A DNA stretch of 64,000 nucleotides, taken from positions 6,248,113 through 6,312,112 of the forward strand of contig NC_081399.1 of assembly GCF_030684315.1 (NCBI RefSeq), read 5' to 3'. A program made the position numbers and the translations under genes. The notes under the pieces were generated by a model, which saw nothing but the letters and a program-made list of their open reading frames with translations, did no database searches and had not been told where the DNA came from. Positions 39,036-53,000 of this stretch are shown one piece after another; the stretch's first letter is position 1; every line of letters begins with the position of its first letter. This DNA is from Stegostoma tigrinum (lineage: Eukaryota).

Positions 39036-39923
39036 ATGTTAGAAACGCCTTGAGAAAACATTACTGAGCCACTTCTTTGATCATTTCGGATAAAGGTGAA
39101 TGGTGAGCATCTTTGCTGTGTAAGTGGAATCACACATAGGCTAAATCATGAAATGAAGAGCAAAATTAGCTGTGAACTCGCCAGAGAGAGGCAGAGACTG
39201 GGAGTTTGTGGACGTTAAATTGGTAAATTAAGGGATGATCAGTGTTGACCAATCCATCGCAGAGAATGCTGAACAATAAATGGAAAACAGTGAGTGAGCT
39301 AGTTCTTACTGGGCTTTTTGGGCACGAGGTAGTTCTTTTTTAGTTTGGGAAGATGCTAAACTGCAAAGTTCTTGTTCGGTTTTGCTCACTCCAGATGATC
39401 AAATGTTATTGACAAATTTAATGTTCTGAGAAACAACCCAGCCTGTGGTAAATATGTGAAATTCTACAGTTCCAGGATTATTTGCATTGACCAGTCATTC
39501 GGAATCGAAGAAAAATATAAACTTCCACATGCCTATAATACAACACAAGCCAAAGAACTTTACTACAGTTTGGTATTCTTCGTTGAAATTGCAATTGAAC
39601 TGATAATTTACAGTTGTTTGATGTTCCTTGTTAATTTATCCATGAATTGTGGCTGTCTGTCTGTTGGTGTGTGAGTGGTGTTTTATAATTAAGACGATTG
39701 AGCTTAGATCATTAAAATTAATTAGACTGTCTTGTTCATCTGCATTCCAGTGCGGTGGCATTCTTAACAAGAAATTGTTAATATTTGTCTAAGTTATAAA
39801 CTGTGTATCTAAAGTCAGATTAAAGTCTGGTCATGAACAAGTGAACAACTTTAAGGATCAGTGAATGTTTTAATTTCACTGTGTTGCAAATCTAGTGATA
39901 AGCTGATATGGTTTAACTTTCTA

Positions 39924-40123
39924 AATAAAAACAAAAACCAAAAGAACTGTGAACGCCCTAAATCAGGAACAAAAACAACACTGAAAGGGCTGGAAAAGCT
40001 CAGCAGGCCTGGCAGCGTCAATTCCGAGGAAGGGTCAGCAGACCGGAAATGTTAACTTTTTTTTACTTAACAGATGCTGCCAGACCTGCTGAGCTTTTCC
40101 AGTAGTTTTGTTTTTTTTTCCCA
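39924..40123. mobile_element. Palindromic mini-element of a second Penelope-like family
   Basis: Inverted arms ctggaaaagctcagcagg / cctgctgagcttttccag; 14-bp TSD ggtttaactttcta at 39910-39923 and 40124-40137; degenerate hammerhead-like core. Confidence 0.7.
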
Positions 40124-40684
40124 GGTTTAACTTTCTATCAACCTGTTCTAACATTCTGTAATGCAGGAGCGATTAAGGGGAGATCAATTTGCACAGCTCA
40201 AAATACTGAAATGACTCTTTTCGGGAAACAGGGAAGTGTGTTTCCAGTTGGTTAAAGGACGGTCAGCAGAGCTACTGATTTCCACTAAATGTGAATAGGA
40301 TCAGCTTGCGGGAGGAGGCCCTGAAAATGGGGGAGAAGAGATTTTCCATGTGAGGAACAATTAGTTGTTGGATACAAGATTCTAGAAACAGATTTAATAA
40401 TGTCATTAAAAGATATTTGAGTAAATAAGTGAATGGAAATGATTCTGTAGTTTATGGTTCAAGATCAAAGAGAGATTGTGTTTGACAAGAGGCTTTTCAC
40501 AGACCACTGAAAATGAAGGGATGAGCTGAATTCCACGTTCTGTCCTCCATATTCTCTGAATCTTAACTTCGTCACAGAAAATGTGCCCTGAACATCAATC
40601 ATCTGATGGTGGACAATAAGACCTGAATATCCCTGGGGTCAGAGACAGGTCTTTGTAGCTGAAAAACCACTTTCACAAAAGTAG

Positions 40685-40949
40685 AGAGTCGTGTAAGATG
40701 GAGAGGCACCTCTCAGTTACAAGACAAACAGCGTCTAGCTGAGGCTTTTGCGTGACAAGACTTGGTTCTGTAAATGGCAACAAGGCCTTCTCCAGCAGAG
40801 AAGAATAAGGCTTCTATTGACCGCTCTGGATACTGTTTGTACCAGGGCACTCGAGGATAACTAGTGTCCTTCAGCGTGTATCTGAGTGGAGTCTCCACCT
40901 CCAAATGGCACAATGGAAAGAGACTGTTCCACGTAGGAGACCAGAATTT
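40685..40949 (-). pseudogene. TCR V pseudogene V10
   Basis: YTLKDTSYPRVPWYKQYPERSIEALFFSAGEG; first Cys lost, YFC and heptamer deleted, nonamer-like ggtctttgt at 40648-40656 remains, leader absent. Confidence 0.8.
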
Positions 40950-42284
40950 CTGTCAAATGTAAAGTAGATTAAATGCCAATTTCTAACATTAACTCATTGG
41001 AAAAAGGATTACATTTAAACGGAGGGTTTGTATTGATCTTGAACTCATGGGTGGTTCGTGAGTAGAATGAAATTTCTGAGAAAGTGGTGGATGAGGGCGC
41101 AACTACTGCATTTAAAAGACATTTAGGAAAAGTGTATGAAGAGTAAAATTTTGGCAGGATATGGGTCAGGGTTCATACACTAAAGATGATGGAAGATAAT
41201 TGATTGAAAGTGCAAATGAGAGATGGAGGGAACTTATAATACATCGAGATGTTCTGATAGGAAATGCATTGTTTGAAATTGTGGACTGATTAGCACAGCA
41301 ACAAGTTTCAAAACAGATTTGGATTAATACCTGAAAAGTGAACCGGCAGGAATGAGTGAAAGGTTAGGAAGGGAGAAATGGAATGAATACTCTGACAAAG
41401 TCTAAGGACTCAAAATATATAACGAGATTGATAAACCAGAGACTTCAGGGAGAAACAAGACAACGGTGTCCACTTCAGTTAATCCTACTCTGGGTTGGGG
41501 GTGTGGCTGGCAAGGCTAACATTTACTGCATATTCGGAGTTGCCATTGAGATGATGGTGGTGAGACATCCTTTGAATCTTTATGTTCTATTCTGTCGCAG
41601 TTTTTGTGCCAGTGATGCATTGCCAGGCAATTTCAGAGGTCACTTCAGCATCAGCCCTAATGTTGTAGGTCTGCAGTTCATCAAGTTTGGATCAGGTGAG
41701 GATGGCGGATTTCCTTCCCGAAAGGACACGAGTGAACCAGACCAGTGTGGTTGTCACCATGATTTGAACGAGGTTGGAACAGATTTTATATTAATTTAAA
41801 AGTTTGTTACTCGAAACGCTTTCCAATGATACATTTTAAACGATATATATACTGACATGAGGGAGACAAGGCAGGGAGGGTACAGTGAACTGTACTGATC
41901 ACACTGAAAGAGCTGTCATTTTCAGAAACACTCTCATAGTCTCCTTCTAATCTGATGGATCCTGTGTCTTTTGTGAAACATGAGATATTCCTGAGTCAAC
42001 ATGCTCCATGCAGCAGGGCTTATTCCACCAATGTGTGACAGTGTGATTCTCCAAACTAATTCGCTGGGTGCAAACTGAGGGAACGATGCACTGTCGGAGA
42101 GGCAACATAAAGACAAGCACAAAGAACGCACCATATGTATGCACACACAAAAAGGCATGTTACCTCTCATAATGGATACAGAAAGACCAACTGACATGCT
42201 CTGAAAGAAAGCCACACAGCCTCACTCGCGCACAGACACATAAAGACACACTTTTTCTGAAGCACAGGAAGAAGCCACAGGCTC

Positions 42285-42433
42285 AAACACACACACACAC
42301 ACATAAAGGCAAACTTTTTTCTCACACACTGAGAGAAACACCTACAGGATCTCACTTACTCTCAGACACACAAACTCAGAGACAAACTTCCTCTCACACT
42401 CTGAAAGAATCACATTAAGATTCACACACACAT

Positions 42434-42465
<32 letters not shown>
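42285..42465. repeat. CA-rich low-complexity region and microsatellites
   Basis: (CA)n runs. Confidence 0.8.
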
Positions 42466-42468
<3 letters not shown>

Positions 42469-42629
42469 TACATATACTCTCTGACATACTGAAAGAAATG
42501 CACACAAGCATGCATACAAAGATGCAATTTTTCTCACATACTGACAGAAACACAAGACTCAGTTATACGCGCACACGCACATAAAGAGATACCAGTAATT
42601 ACTAATAATGTTCTTTTAAATCTAATTAT

Positions 42630-45045
42630 AGTTTTAAAGATCCCTCCATCGTCCAGACCTGAGTATTGGCAATGCTAGACTCGCAGACCCAGGACAGACC
42701 TATCGCTCTCCCGCAGGATCCACGAGGACACAGGCCTGGCCCATGACCCTGCAGTGACCCAACCTGGAACGGAATCAGCTCCAACGCTTGCTCAACCCAT
42801 TGGAACTCCAACCGACCCAAGGCTGGCAGCAGAGCAACCCTAAGGAGGCCCAAATAGCCGAGGCCCGCTCCCCTGACTACCATACCCCATGGAGGCCCAG
42901 CACGACCAGGCCCAATTCACTTACCTGCAAAAAAAAGGAGATTCACTTAAACCAGCATTCAAGATCGCCCATGATCAGAAACTCCACCCTCATAACCCGT
43001 CCCCGAGGAGATGGGACCAGCCAGGCCCAAACTCTGACCTTGCGACATCCTACCCCGGGGGAGGCCCAGGCCAACTGGAGCCGACTCACTTACCCGTTGA
43101 AGCAGCAGACTCACACCACCGACTCTCTGGACAGTCGGGATGCAGGAAACCTACAGGGAAACTGGGGAAAGGTGCTGGCCTAAAGGTGAGATTGAAACTA
43201 CGTGGTTTCAAGGCACCCTCCCCAGCATATTCCTGCCAAATGTCCAAAGTATCAGAAAAAAATGGATGAACTCAGATCTATACTTACCTCCCAGAGGCAA
43301 CTGACAGCCCAATGTATGCTCTGCTTCATGGAGACCTGTTGCACCACTAGCGCCCCCGACTGCGCCCTATAAGTGAAGTGCAGTTGGTGACCTGTACTGA
43401 TACAGAAAATACAGATACGACCTCCGGAATGACATCAGGGAAGCCAAGATGCAGCACTGGACCAAATTAGAGGCCCAGACCCACCCTACAGATTCCCACT
43501 GTCTATGGCAAGGACTCAACGGCATTACAGGATGCAAAATTAAACGGTGTAAGATAGCAGGCAATGACACATTGGTCACCCTTCCACCCTCTGAAACTGG
43601 ATCCTCAGCTTACTGTCCCATAGGTCACAATCAATGATGATAGGTAACTGTTCCTCCTCCACAGTAATACTCCACACTGGAGCCCCACAAGGATGCCTCC
43701 GCAGCACCCCTACTGTATGCCGACGACTGTGTTGCCAAATTCCTAATGAATGCAATCTAAAAGTTCACTGACAACACCACCATAATGAGATGGATGCCTA
43801 ACAACATCAAACTACAAAAGAGAGATAGAGGCCTTGGTGACCCGGTGCTATGAAAGCAATCTGTCTCTCAACATCAGAAAAACAAAAGATCTGATCACCA
43901 GCTTCTGAAAGAAAGGAAGAAAACACACTCCCATCTACATCATCAGAGCTGAGGGTGAAGACCATCAAGTTCCTCGGACTGACAATAACCAATGACTTGT
44001 CGTGGACTTCCCACGTAAATGCGACAGTCAATAAGGCACAACAATGCCTCATCCTCCTTCGGTGGCTCAGTTAATTTGGAATGCCGATAAGGTCCCAACG
44101 CCAACCTTTACAGATTCACCATCAAAAGCATGCTGTCCAAGTGCATAATGGCCTGCTATGGCAACTGGTCTTCCCAGGACCATACAAAACTGCAGAAGGT
44201 GGTGTGCACAGCCCAGACCATCATGAAAGTCAACCTTACATCCATTTATTACAGAGATAATAGGAACTGCTGATGCTAGAGAATTTGAGATAACGCGGTG
44301 TGAAGCTGGATGAACACAGCAGGCCAAGCAGCATCAGAGGAGCAGAGGGGTAACAGGAGCTGCAGATGCTGGAGAATGTGAGATAACATGGTGTGGGGCT
44401 GGATGAACACAGCAGGCCCAGCAGCATCAGAGGAGCAGAGGGGTAACAGGAGCTGCAGATGCTGGAGAATGTGAGATAACATGGTGTGGGGCTGGATGAA
44501 CACAGCAGGCCCAGCAGCATCAGAGGGGCAGAGGGGTAACAGGAACTGCAGATGCTAGAGAATTTGAGATAACGCGGTGTGAAGCTGGATGAACACAGCA
44601 GGCCAAGCAGCATCAGAGGAGCAGGAAAGTTGACATTTCGGGTCAAGCCCCTTCTTCAGAAAGAAAATTTTCTGAAGGTTTCGACCCGAAACATCAACTT
44701 TCCTACACCTCTGATGGTACTTGGCCTGCTGTGTTCATGCAGCTTCACACGAATTTGCATGGCTCACTGCCGAGGAAAGGCTGCCAAAATCATCAAAGAC
44801 CATCACACCATGGTAATGACCTCCTGTAACCTCTCTGTCAGGCATAAGATGCTGAAGCCTAAACTCAAATACCGGCAGGTTCAGGAACAGCTTCTATCTG
44901 GCCATTATCAGGCTGTTGAGCGGAATCTAGCGTCAAATAAGCCTGTATGGCTCTCAATCTTTTTGATTTGTACATGATTTGCTGGCTGTGATCTACTTGT
45001 ACTGCTCATAAAGAAAGCTTTTTGCGATATTTCGGTACGCAAAAA
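42630..45045 (+). mobile_element. Degenerate Rex1/Babar-like LINE
   Basis: Fragments such as LWQGLNGITGCK, 'actggagccccacaaggatg', 'aagttcactgacaacaccacc' and 'aaggcacaacaatgcctc' are typical of Rex1-type RT regions. Confidence 0.65.
44254..44752. mobile_element. Penelope-derived element with four 93-bp tandem units and a terminal inverted arm
   Basis: Units start at 44258, 44351, 44444 and 44537, followed by a palindrome centred at about 44665. Confidence 0.85.
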
Positions 45046-46134
45046 ATCAATCTTTCACACAGCGAAATGAAGGCACAAAAGCTTGCATTCACTCAGACAG
45101 AAGCGCACTCAGGCACACCGTAAATGCACATCCTCTGTCATACACTGAAAGACACATCAACCAGTTAGCACATGAACATAAACTGTTTCACATATCCAGA
45201 AAATGCCAGCTTAGAAATTCACACATAACTAAGACACATACAAAAACAAAGACTCACAAACATTTAGCAATCAAGCTTACGCACAAGCACAGGCTTACAG
45301 ATGCGCGCACGCAACACAGCTCATGCTAATAGACATAATCTCCCTTGCCCAAACAATAGCAAACTGATAGATGGAGAAAACAAACTCGCACACACACCTG
45401 CAAAAAGCCTCAAACACGTGAATCATGCAAATACATACAATAAGCGTCATGCGTGAATGTAAATGCAGACACCTGCCAACAAAAGATTAACCACGTAACG
45501 AAAGCCCCCAGGCACCAGTATAATGCTGTCTTACTGACTCAGATACACAAGCACATAAATAGAGAGGAAAGCGAGCATGCAAAAAACAGTAAAATCAAAG
45601 TGCACACAATTCATAGAGGGACATTCACAGTCTGTCGCAGGCAGAATCTATCTCACACACAGATTATCAAATGCACACGTGCAGCCACTTAGAAAAACTC
45701 AGCAGTTTTGGCAGTATTGGTACAGAAATGAATGAGTTCATGTCTCAAGTCCAAAGACACTTACTCGGAAATGTCAGTTCACCCTCTATGCGTGCAGTTA
45801 CATTAATTCGTCAGTAGAGAATGGCATTGCATCACATCAATCACAAGAGAAGGAGAAGCGGGGAGAGAGAGAGGCTTTGACCTTGTAAAATTCATTCAAC
45901 TTCCCAGTGTCGGAGATAAACACGAGCACATACACGCACATCCAAAGTTACACACAAACCCATGATAGTGACAGAGACGTACACATTTGGACAAATATTT
46001 ATACGCCGCGACAGAGAGATAAACAGAGAGAGAGAGAGACGCACACATTTGCACAGCTATGCAAATAGGCGCACGTATGGATCGAGAAATCTGTATACAC
46101 ACATGCAAAGGGATAGCATCGAGAAAGACACGCT

Positions 46135-46960
46135 GATAGAATTGAAAGTAGCGGTGGAAGTCGGCTTTTCAGCCCTTTTGAGCCTGCTCCACGGTTCAAT
46201 GTGATCATGGCTGATCATCTGTTCAGTCCCCTGTTCTTGCTCTCTTCCCCATACTCTTTGATCCCTTTACCTCGAAAACTACGTGTAACTCCTTCTCGAA
46301 AGCCTTCAATATTTTGGTTTCATCTGCTTAATCTGGCAAAGAATGCCAGATGCTCACGACTCGCTGAGTGAACAAGGTGTAGAGCTCGATGAACGCAGCA
46401 GTCAAGCAGCATCCGAGGAGCAGGAAGGATGCTGTTTCGGGCCTCGGGCCTTGTTATCTCAGATTCTCCAGCATCTGCAGTTCCCAGTATCTCTGAGTGA
46501 AGAAGTTTTTTTCCTCATGTGTCCTAAATTGTTTACCCTGTATCCTTAGACTGTGGCCTTCCGGTTCTTGGCTCCCTAGTCATTGGGAACATGCTTCTTG
46601 AGTTTACCCTGTCGCGTCTTGTTAGAACTTCAAAGGCTTCTATGAGATTCCTCTTCATTATTCTAAACACCAGTAAATACAGCCCAAAAGGGATCCACTT
46701 TGCCTCCACATGCCTGTCCTGCCAACCCAGCAATTAGTCAGGTGAATTTTGCTGCATTCCTGCCATCACCAGAACATCTTTCCTCTGCTAAGGAAACAAA
46801 AGCTGTACACAGTACTCTGTCACACAAATGCTGTGAACAACTGCAGCAAGACATCCCTGTCCTGTACTGGAATCAGCTCTCAATGAATGCTAACAAGCCA
46901 TTCACCTTCTTCACTGCCTACTGCACTTGCACGCTTACCTTCAGCAAGTGGTATAGAAGG
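46135..46960 (-). mobile_element. CR1 3' fragment with a nested Penelope mini-element (46373-46492, TSD ctgagtgaa)
   Basis: Peptide GLYLLVFRIMKRNLIEAFEVL; TSD at 46364-46372 and 46493-46501. Confidence 0.7.
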
Positions 46961-47569
46961 ATATCCTCTAATATTCTCCACCTTTGTATCTATGTATTTT
47001 TTTCTGGCAGGGTGTATCATCATGACCCCCAACTCCCAGCACTCACATTTGTAACGTTGCCTCTCTATCTGGCTCTCTGTATCTATGTCTGTCTCTCAAT
47101 TTCTCACCACCTCTCTGTGCGCTCTTGTCTCAAGATGTATTTCTTTCTTCATTTGATCTCATTTCTGCCTCTCTTCATATTTGTGGCTCTCTTCATTGTC
47201 TTTATCAGTCTCAGTGTCTCCTAATATTTCTGAAGTAGTATCACAAACTGCCCCATATTTCTTACTTTTTCATGTTGTCACCCCCGACTCTATTTCTTGC
47301 TCAAAATTTTCTCACTGTTTCTTAGACTCTCTCTTACTATCTCCCCTCTCTCTGTTATTCAGCAGACCAAACTTCCTCAAAATATATCAAGGAAATAGCT
47401 TATACCCTAAATTGTATCTTATTTAAAGGCAAGTATTTCAGCAAATGCTGCATTCCAGTTGCGATTGCAAAGAAAAAGTTGCCATAACTTTAACTCGATT
47501 GAAACACTCAATAAAAATAGTACATTATCTAAGTACTACTCATCAACTATCAAAATAGCACCAAACGTG

Positions 47570-49795
47570 TATCTTGTCTGACCAGATGTCTGATCATCGT
47601 TGTCTATTATGACAAAACCATCAAAGATGCCTACCGTACCATTCACTGCCAGTAGTTTAGAAAATCAGTTCCCAGCGCTGTGCTCCTCCTCCAAGCTTAC
47701 CTCAAGCAGAAATTGAAGCATGAAGACACCATCAGAAAATAGTGCAGTCTTGGTCTGATGCAATGGAAGGGCTTCTACGTGACAGCTTAGAGTCCGCCAC
47801 CAGGTATAACTTCAAGAACTCAGTAACTAACTGAAACAAGTATGCCACTAATGTTACAGACTTCATTGGTAAGTGTGTCTAAGAAGGCCTGCCAATGAAG
47901 TTAACCCAAATGTTTTCCAACTGGGAACCATGGATAAACCAGGAGATTCACTCCCTACCAAATTCCATGTTTGAGGTGTTCCATTCAGGTGACCCTGCCC
48001 GATACAGGAAATCCAGGTACAGCATTCACAAGGCCACCAGAGATGCCAAGACAGAATGTGAAACTAAGCTTGAGACACAGACTAATCACATAGGCTCTTG
48101 TGGTTTGCGGCAAGGTTTACACGACATAACAGGCTACAAAGTGAAGTTGAACAGAATCGCGGGCAACAATGCATCCTTCCCCAATTAGCTCAACGCATTC
48201 TAAACTCACTTTGAACAAAAGGTCAGTGAAGCGATGCCATGTGTTCCAACACTCCCGAGAATACCTGCACCGGGCTCACCGCTACAGGTTTCTTGAGAGT
48301 GAACCTATGGAAAGTGAATGGCCTAAATGGATACCACAGTCTTGCACTCAGATTCTGTGCTGAACAGCTGGCAGGAGTATTCATTGACATCTTTAACCTC
48401 TCCTTACTTCGAACTGAAATCCCCACCATCTATCTCTGTGCCAAAGAGCAATCATTCATCTTCAACGACTACTGACCAGTGGCCCTGACCTCCATAATTA
48501 TGAAGTGCTTTGAGAGGCTAGTTGTGGCTCACAGCGACTCTAGACTCCCAAACTGCCTTCATCCTTTGCATCCATTTGCAACAGGCCCATGACAGGTGAC
48601 ATCTCCTTGGCCCGACAGTTATCCATGGAACATTTACATAACAAGCACACTTATGTCAGGGTCCGACTTTATTGACTAAGTCCCCCTGCAACATCATATT
48701 TCCAAGAAAGTTTGTCTCCAAACTCCGAGACCTTGGCCTCAACTTCCCCCTCTGTAACTGAATTCTCGACTTCCTGAACCATAGACTGCAATTAGTGAGA
48801 CTACGGGCTCCACATTCTCCATCATCATCCTCAATATTCGTGCTCTGAAATGATGCGCATTCAGCGCCCTAATATATACTTGTTACACACTCACGACTGT
48901 CTGGCCATATCCAGCTGTTACTCCATTTACAAGTTTGCTAACAACATCACCGTTGTTGGTTAGATCTGAAACAACGACAAGACGGAGCACAGAAAAGAAA
49001 TTGATTGCTTTGCAGCGTGGTGTAAAACCAGCAATCTTTCTATCAACATTAGCAAAACAACGTAACTGGCCATTGAATTCATGTAGTGGAGTGGAGGGCA
49101 CACCTCTATCTGCATCAATGCTACTGAGGTAGAGATAGTTGAGAACGTCAAGCACTTGACAATGATGGCCACCAAATCTCTGACCTGGTTCATCTATGTC
49201 AACACAATGTTCCGGGAAGAATAACGATGCCTGTTGTTCCTTAGAAGGCTAAGGAAATTTGGCATGTTACAAAGACTACGACCAGTTGTTATAGATTCAC
49301 AACAGAAAACATCTTACTTGGATTGATCACAGCATGGGATGGCAGCTGCTGCTCCCCAGACCACAAAAAAAATGACAGAGAGTTATGAACATAGTCCAGT
49401 CCATCACACAAAGCAACCTTCTTTTCCATTGACACTGTCTGCACTTGCAGCCAACTCAGGAAAGCAACCAATATAATCAAAGAGACTTCCACTCCAGTTA
49501 TATTCTCTTTCACCCTCTTCCATCAGAGAAAAGTTTGAACACGTGTGAACAGATGCAATAATAACTTCATCCCCTCCCACCCCCAATCCCAGCCAGTCCC
49601 ATGTCAGTCGTTGAATGAAACTCTCAAATGTTAATGTTGATCTCTCACAATCTGCATTTTCTCTGAGGCTGTAGCATTGTAAACTTTACTCTGTTCTGCC
49701 ACCTGACGATTTTTTTTTTCACAAAATATGCCTGTACAGTACATAAAACAACACTTTTCATCGTATGTCAGTAAATGTGGCAATAATAAATGAAA
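47570..49795 (+). mobile_element. Second degenerate Rex1/Babar-like LINE
   Basis: PWINQEIHSL, LRFCAEQLAGVFIDIFNLSL, NDY(R)PVALTSIIMKCFERLV; 3' AATAAA. Confidence 0.75.
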
Positions 49796-50019
49796 TCAAA
49801 CAAAATAAAATTAACTCACGTCAGCTCATATCAACTTTTTCAATATTGCAGGGTTCTATTAACACACACTTGGCAAAGGAAAATTCAGCAACACCTGCAA
49901 TGTTTTCACTCTAATCTGTGAGAACAAAACACTTGAAAGAAATAGTCTACCAGCAGAAAGAGATTTCAAGTTTTGTTGCATCAACAGAGAGAACAAATAA
50001 CATAAAACAAAAAACAGAA

Positions 50020-53000
50020 AGCAATGAACAAAGAAAAATACAGGACAGAAACAGGCCCTACAGCCCTCCAAGTATTTGCCAACACATTTTCCCCTTCCAT
50101 ACTAAAACTATCTTCACCTTCAGGATCCATATCCCTCTATTCCATCCCTATTCATGTATTCATTTAGGCACTTCTTAAATGCAGTTACTCTGTCTACTTA
50201 CACCACCTCCTCTAGCAGAGTGTTCCAGGCACTCATCACCCTATGTGCAAAAAGCTTACCTCGCATATCTCTTATGAACACCTGTCATGCCTTCTTGAAC
50301 CTGTGCCCCCTAGTAAATGACCCCTCCACCCTGGGAAAATATCTCATACTTTCCACTCTATCCATTTCTATCACAATCTGACAAAATTCTATTAGGTCAC
50401 CCCTCATCCTCCTGCAATCCAGTGAAAATAAACAGCCTATCAACTTTTCTTAATAGCTAAAATCCCCCATAACAGGAAACGTCCTGGTACTCTCTCCAAA
50501 GTATCTACATCCTTCTGGTCGTGTGGTGTCCAGAACTATATGCAATACTCCAAGTATAGCCAAACAACAGTTCTATAAAGCTACAGAGTGATTTGTCTAT
50601 CCCTAAACGCAATGCGCTTTCCATTGAAGGCAATCATGACATAACACTTTTTTTACTAACTTATCAACTTGCGTTGCCACCTTCAGTGATCTGTGAATCT
50701 ATACATCCAGATTCCTCTGCATATGAATACCCCCAAGGCTTCTGCTATTCACCATACAATTTCCACTTGCAATGCCCGTTCAAAATGCATCATGTTACAT
50801 TTGTCTGGATTAAACTCCATCTTCCATTTTTCTGACATGCCTCCAACTGATTTATATCCCGCTGTATTCTCTGACAATCCTCCTCTCTATCCACAACTGT
50901 GCCAATCTTTGGATCATCTGCAAACTTACAAATTAGGCCAGCTAGGTTTTCCTCCAAATCGTTTATGTTGATCACGAACAGCAGAGGTCCTGGAGCTGAT
51001 TCCTATGGAATGCCACTAGTCACAGCCCTTCATTCCAAAAAATCATCGCTACTCTCTCTCTCCTATGACCAAGCCAGTTATACATCCATCTTGCCAGCTC
51101 ACCCCTGATACCATGTAATCTTTTGTTCCAGTCTGCCATGAAGTACCCTGTCAATGGCCTTACTGAAGTCCCTGTGAACAACATCAACCACTTTCCCCTC
51201 AACAATAATCTTTGTCATCTCCTCCAAAAATTCGACCAAGTTAGCAATGTACGACCTTCCCTGCACAAAAACCATGCTGGCTATTGCTAATAGATCCTTT
51301 TGCTTCTAAATGCGTATTGATGTTGTGCTTGGGAATCTTTTCCAATAACTTTCCGACCACTGATGTGAGATTCGCAGGCCTGTAATTTCCAGAACTATGA
51401 CTGCTACCCTTCTTAAACACTGGGACAACATTGGCTACTCTCCAGCCCTGTGGTACCTCACCCATGGCCAAAGAGGATACAAAGATGTCTGTCAATGCTC
51501 CACCAGTTTGTTCTCTTACCTTTCCGCTTCCCCCCGCCAACCCCCTCCCTCGCCAATCTGGGATAGATCCCACTAGGTCCCAAGGATTTATCCACCTTAA
51601 TGCCTTTTAAGATGCACAACACCTTTTTAATAGCAACTTGGGCTTAGAAACTTGACACTCCCTCCCTTGAGATCATCCTCCACCAATTCCTTCTCTTTGG
51701 TGAATTTCAATTCAAAATATTCATTTAGGACTTCACCTACATTTTCTGGTTGCACACATAGATTCTCTCCTTTGCCCTTGAGTGGGTCAATCATTTCCCT
51801 TCCTACCCTATTGTATTTTATATGTGCCTAAAAAGCCTTGGGATGCTCCTTAATCCTGTTTGCCAACATATTTCATGATCCCTTTTAGACTTTCTAATTC
51901 CTGTTAAAGTTCTTTCCTACTTTGCATATCTCCTTCAAGGGCGTCATCAGTTTGTATCCTCTAGACATTATGCATGCTTTCTTTTTCTTTTTGGCCAAGG
52001 TCATAACATCCCTGATCAGTCATGGCTCATGTAACTTGCCATACCTACTCTTCCCCCTGCAGGAACATGCCACTCCTGAACTCTTATCAACTGCCATTTG
52101 AAATGTGCTCACTAGTCAGATGCAGATTTACCTTCAAACAGCCACCTCCAATCAAAATTCTCCTGTGCCTGCCTAACATTGTTGTAGTTCACCTTCCCTA
52201 TATTTAATACTTTCACCCAAGGATTGCTATTATCCCTATCCATGAGTATCTTAAAACTCACAGTGTTATGATCACTTCTTCTGAAATGCTCTACCGCTGA
52301 AACTTCACTCAACCAGCTGAGTTCACTTCCCAGAACCACTTCCAATATAACCCCTTCCCTGGTTGAACTGTTTGCACATTAAGTCAGGAATCCATCCTGA
52401 ATGCTTCTTACAAATTCAACCTCATCCGAGACACTAGCACGTACTGAATTCCAGTCAATGTAGGGGAAGTTAAAATCATCCACCACAACAACCCTGCTGT
52501 TTTTACGACTTTGCAAAAGCTGTCTGCATATTCTCTCCTCGATTTCCCGATGGCTGTTGGAAGACCGAAAAGTATACCCTCAGCTTGTGATTTCACCTTT
52601 CCTGTTCCTGAATTCTAGCCATATTGCCTTGTTGCATGCGTTCTTCGATGTATCCTCCCTCAGTACAGCTGTGAAATATTTATTTACCTGTAGTGCAACT
52701 CCCCCACCTCTTTTTCACTCCCTTTCTAACACACCTGAAACATCCAAAACCTGAGATACTCAGCTTCCAGCCCTGGCCTTTTTTCCAGCCAAGTCTCCCT
52801 AATTGCAATAATGTCATTATTTCAAGGACTTAACAAAGTTCTAAGCTCATCTACATTGCCTATTATACTTCTTGCATTAAAACACATTTGTTTCAGACCA
52901 CCTTCCCTGTTCTTTTCGGTTATTTCCCTGCCTGTTCCTGTTCCTTCCTTTATTCAGAATGAGGCAGCATTTAATGCCCATCCCTAATTGCCCAGAGGGC

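Larger units (their letters stand above)
1..42130 (-). repeat. Tandem duplicated array of TCR V-gene units (about 3-5 kb each, about 11 units), extending beyond the left edge
   Basis: The same succession of promoter, leader, intron, V exon, RSS and spacer blocks recurs, with V exons near 1.6, 4.6, 7.2, 13.9, 18.8, 23.1, 29.5, 32.5, 36.2 and 40.7 kb. Confidence 0.9.

Noticed and set aside
42788-43269. ORFs of 131 and 126 aa
   Set aside because: They lie in the GC-rich 5' region of a decayed Rex1-like LINE and show no recognisable domain.
44258-44630. CRISPR-like array or repetitive protein ORF (44236-44646)
   Set aside because: There are no unique spacers; the units are Penelope termini, and the 93-bp period keeps a frame open by chance.
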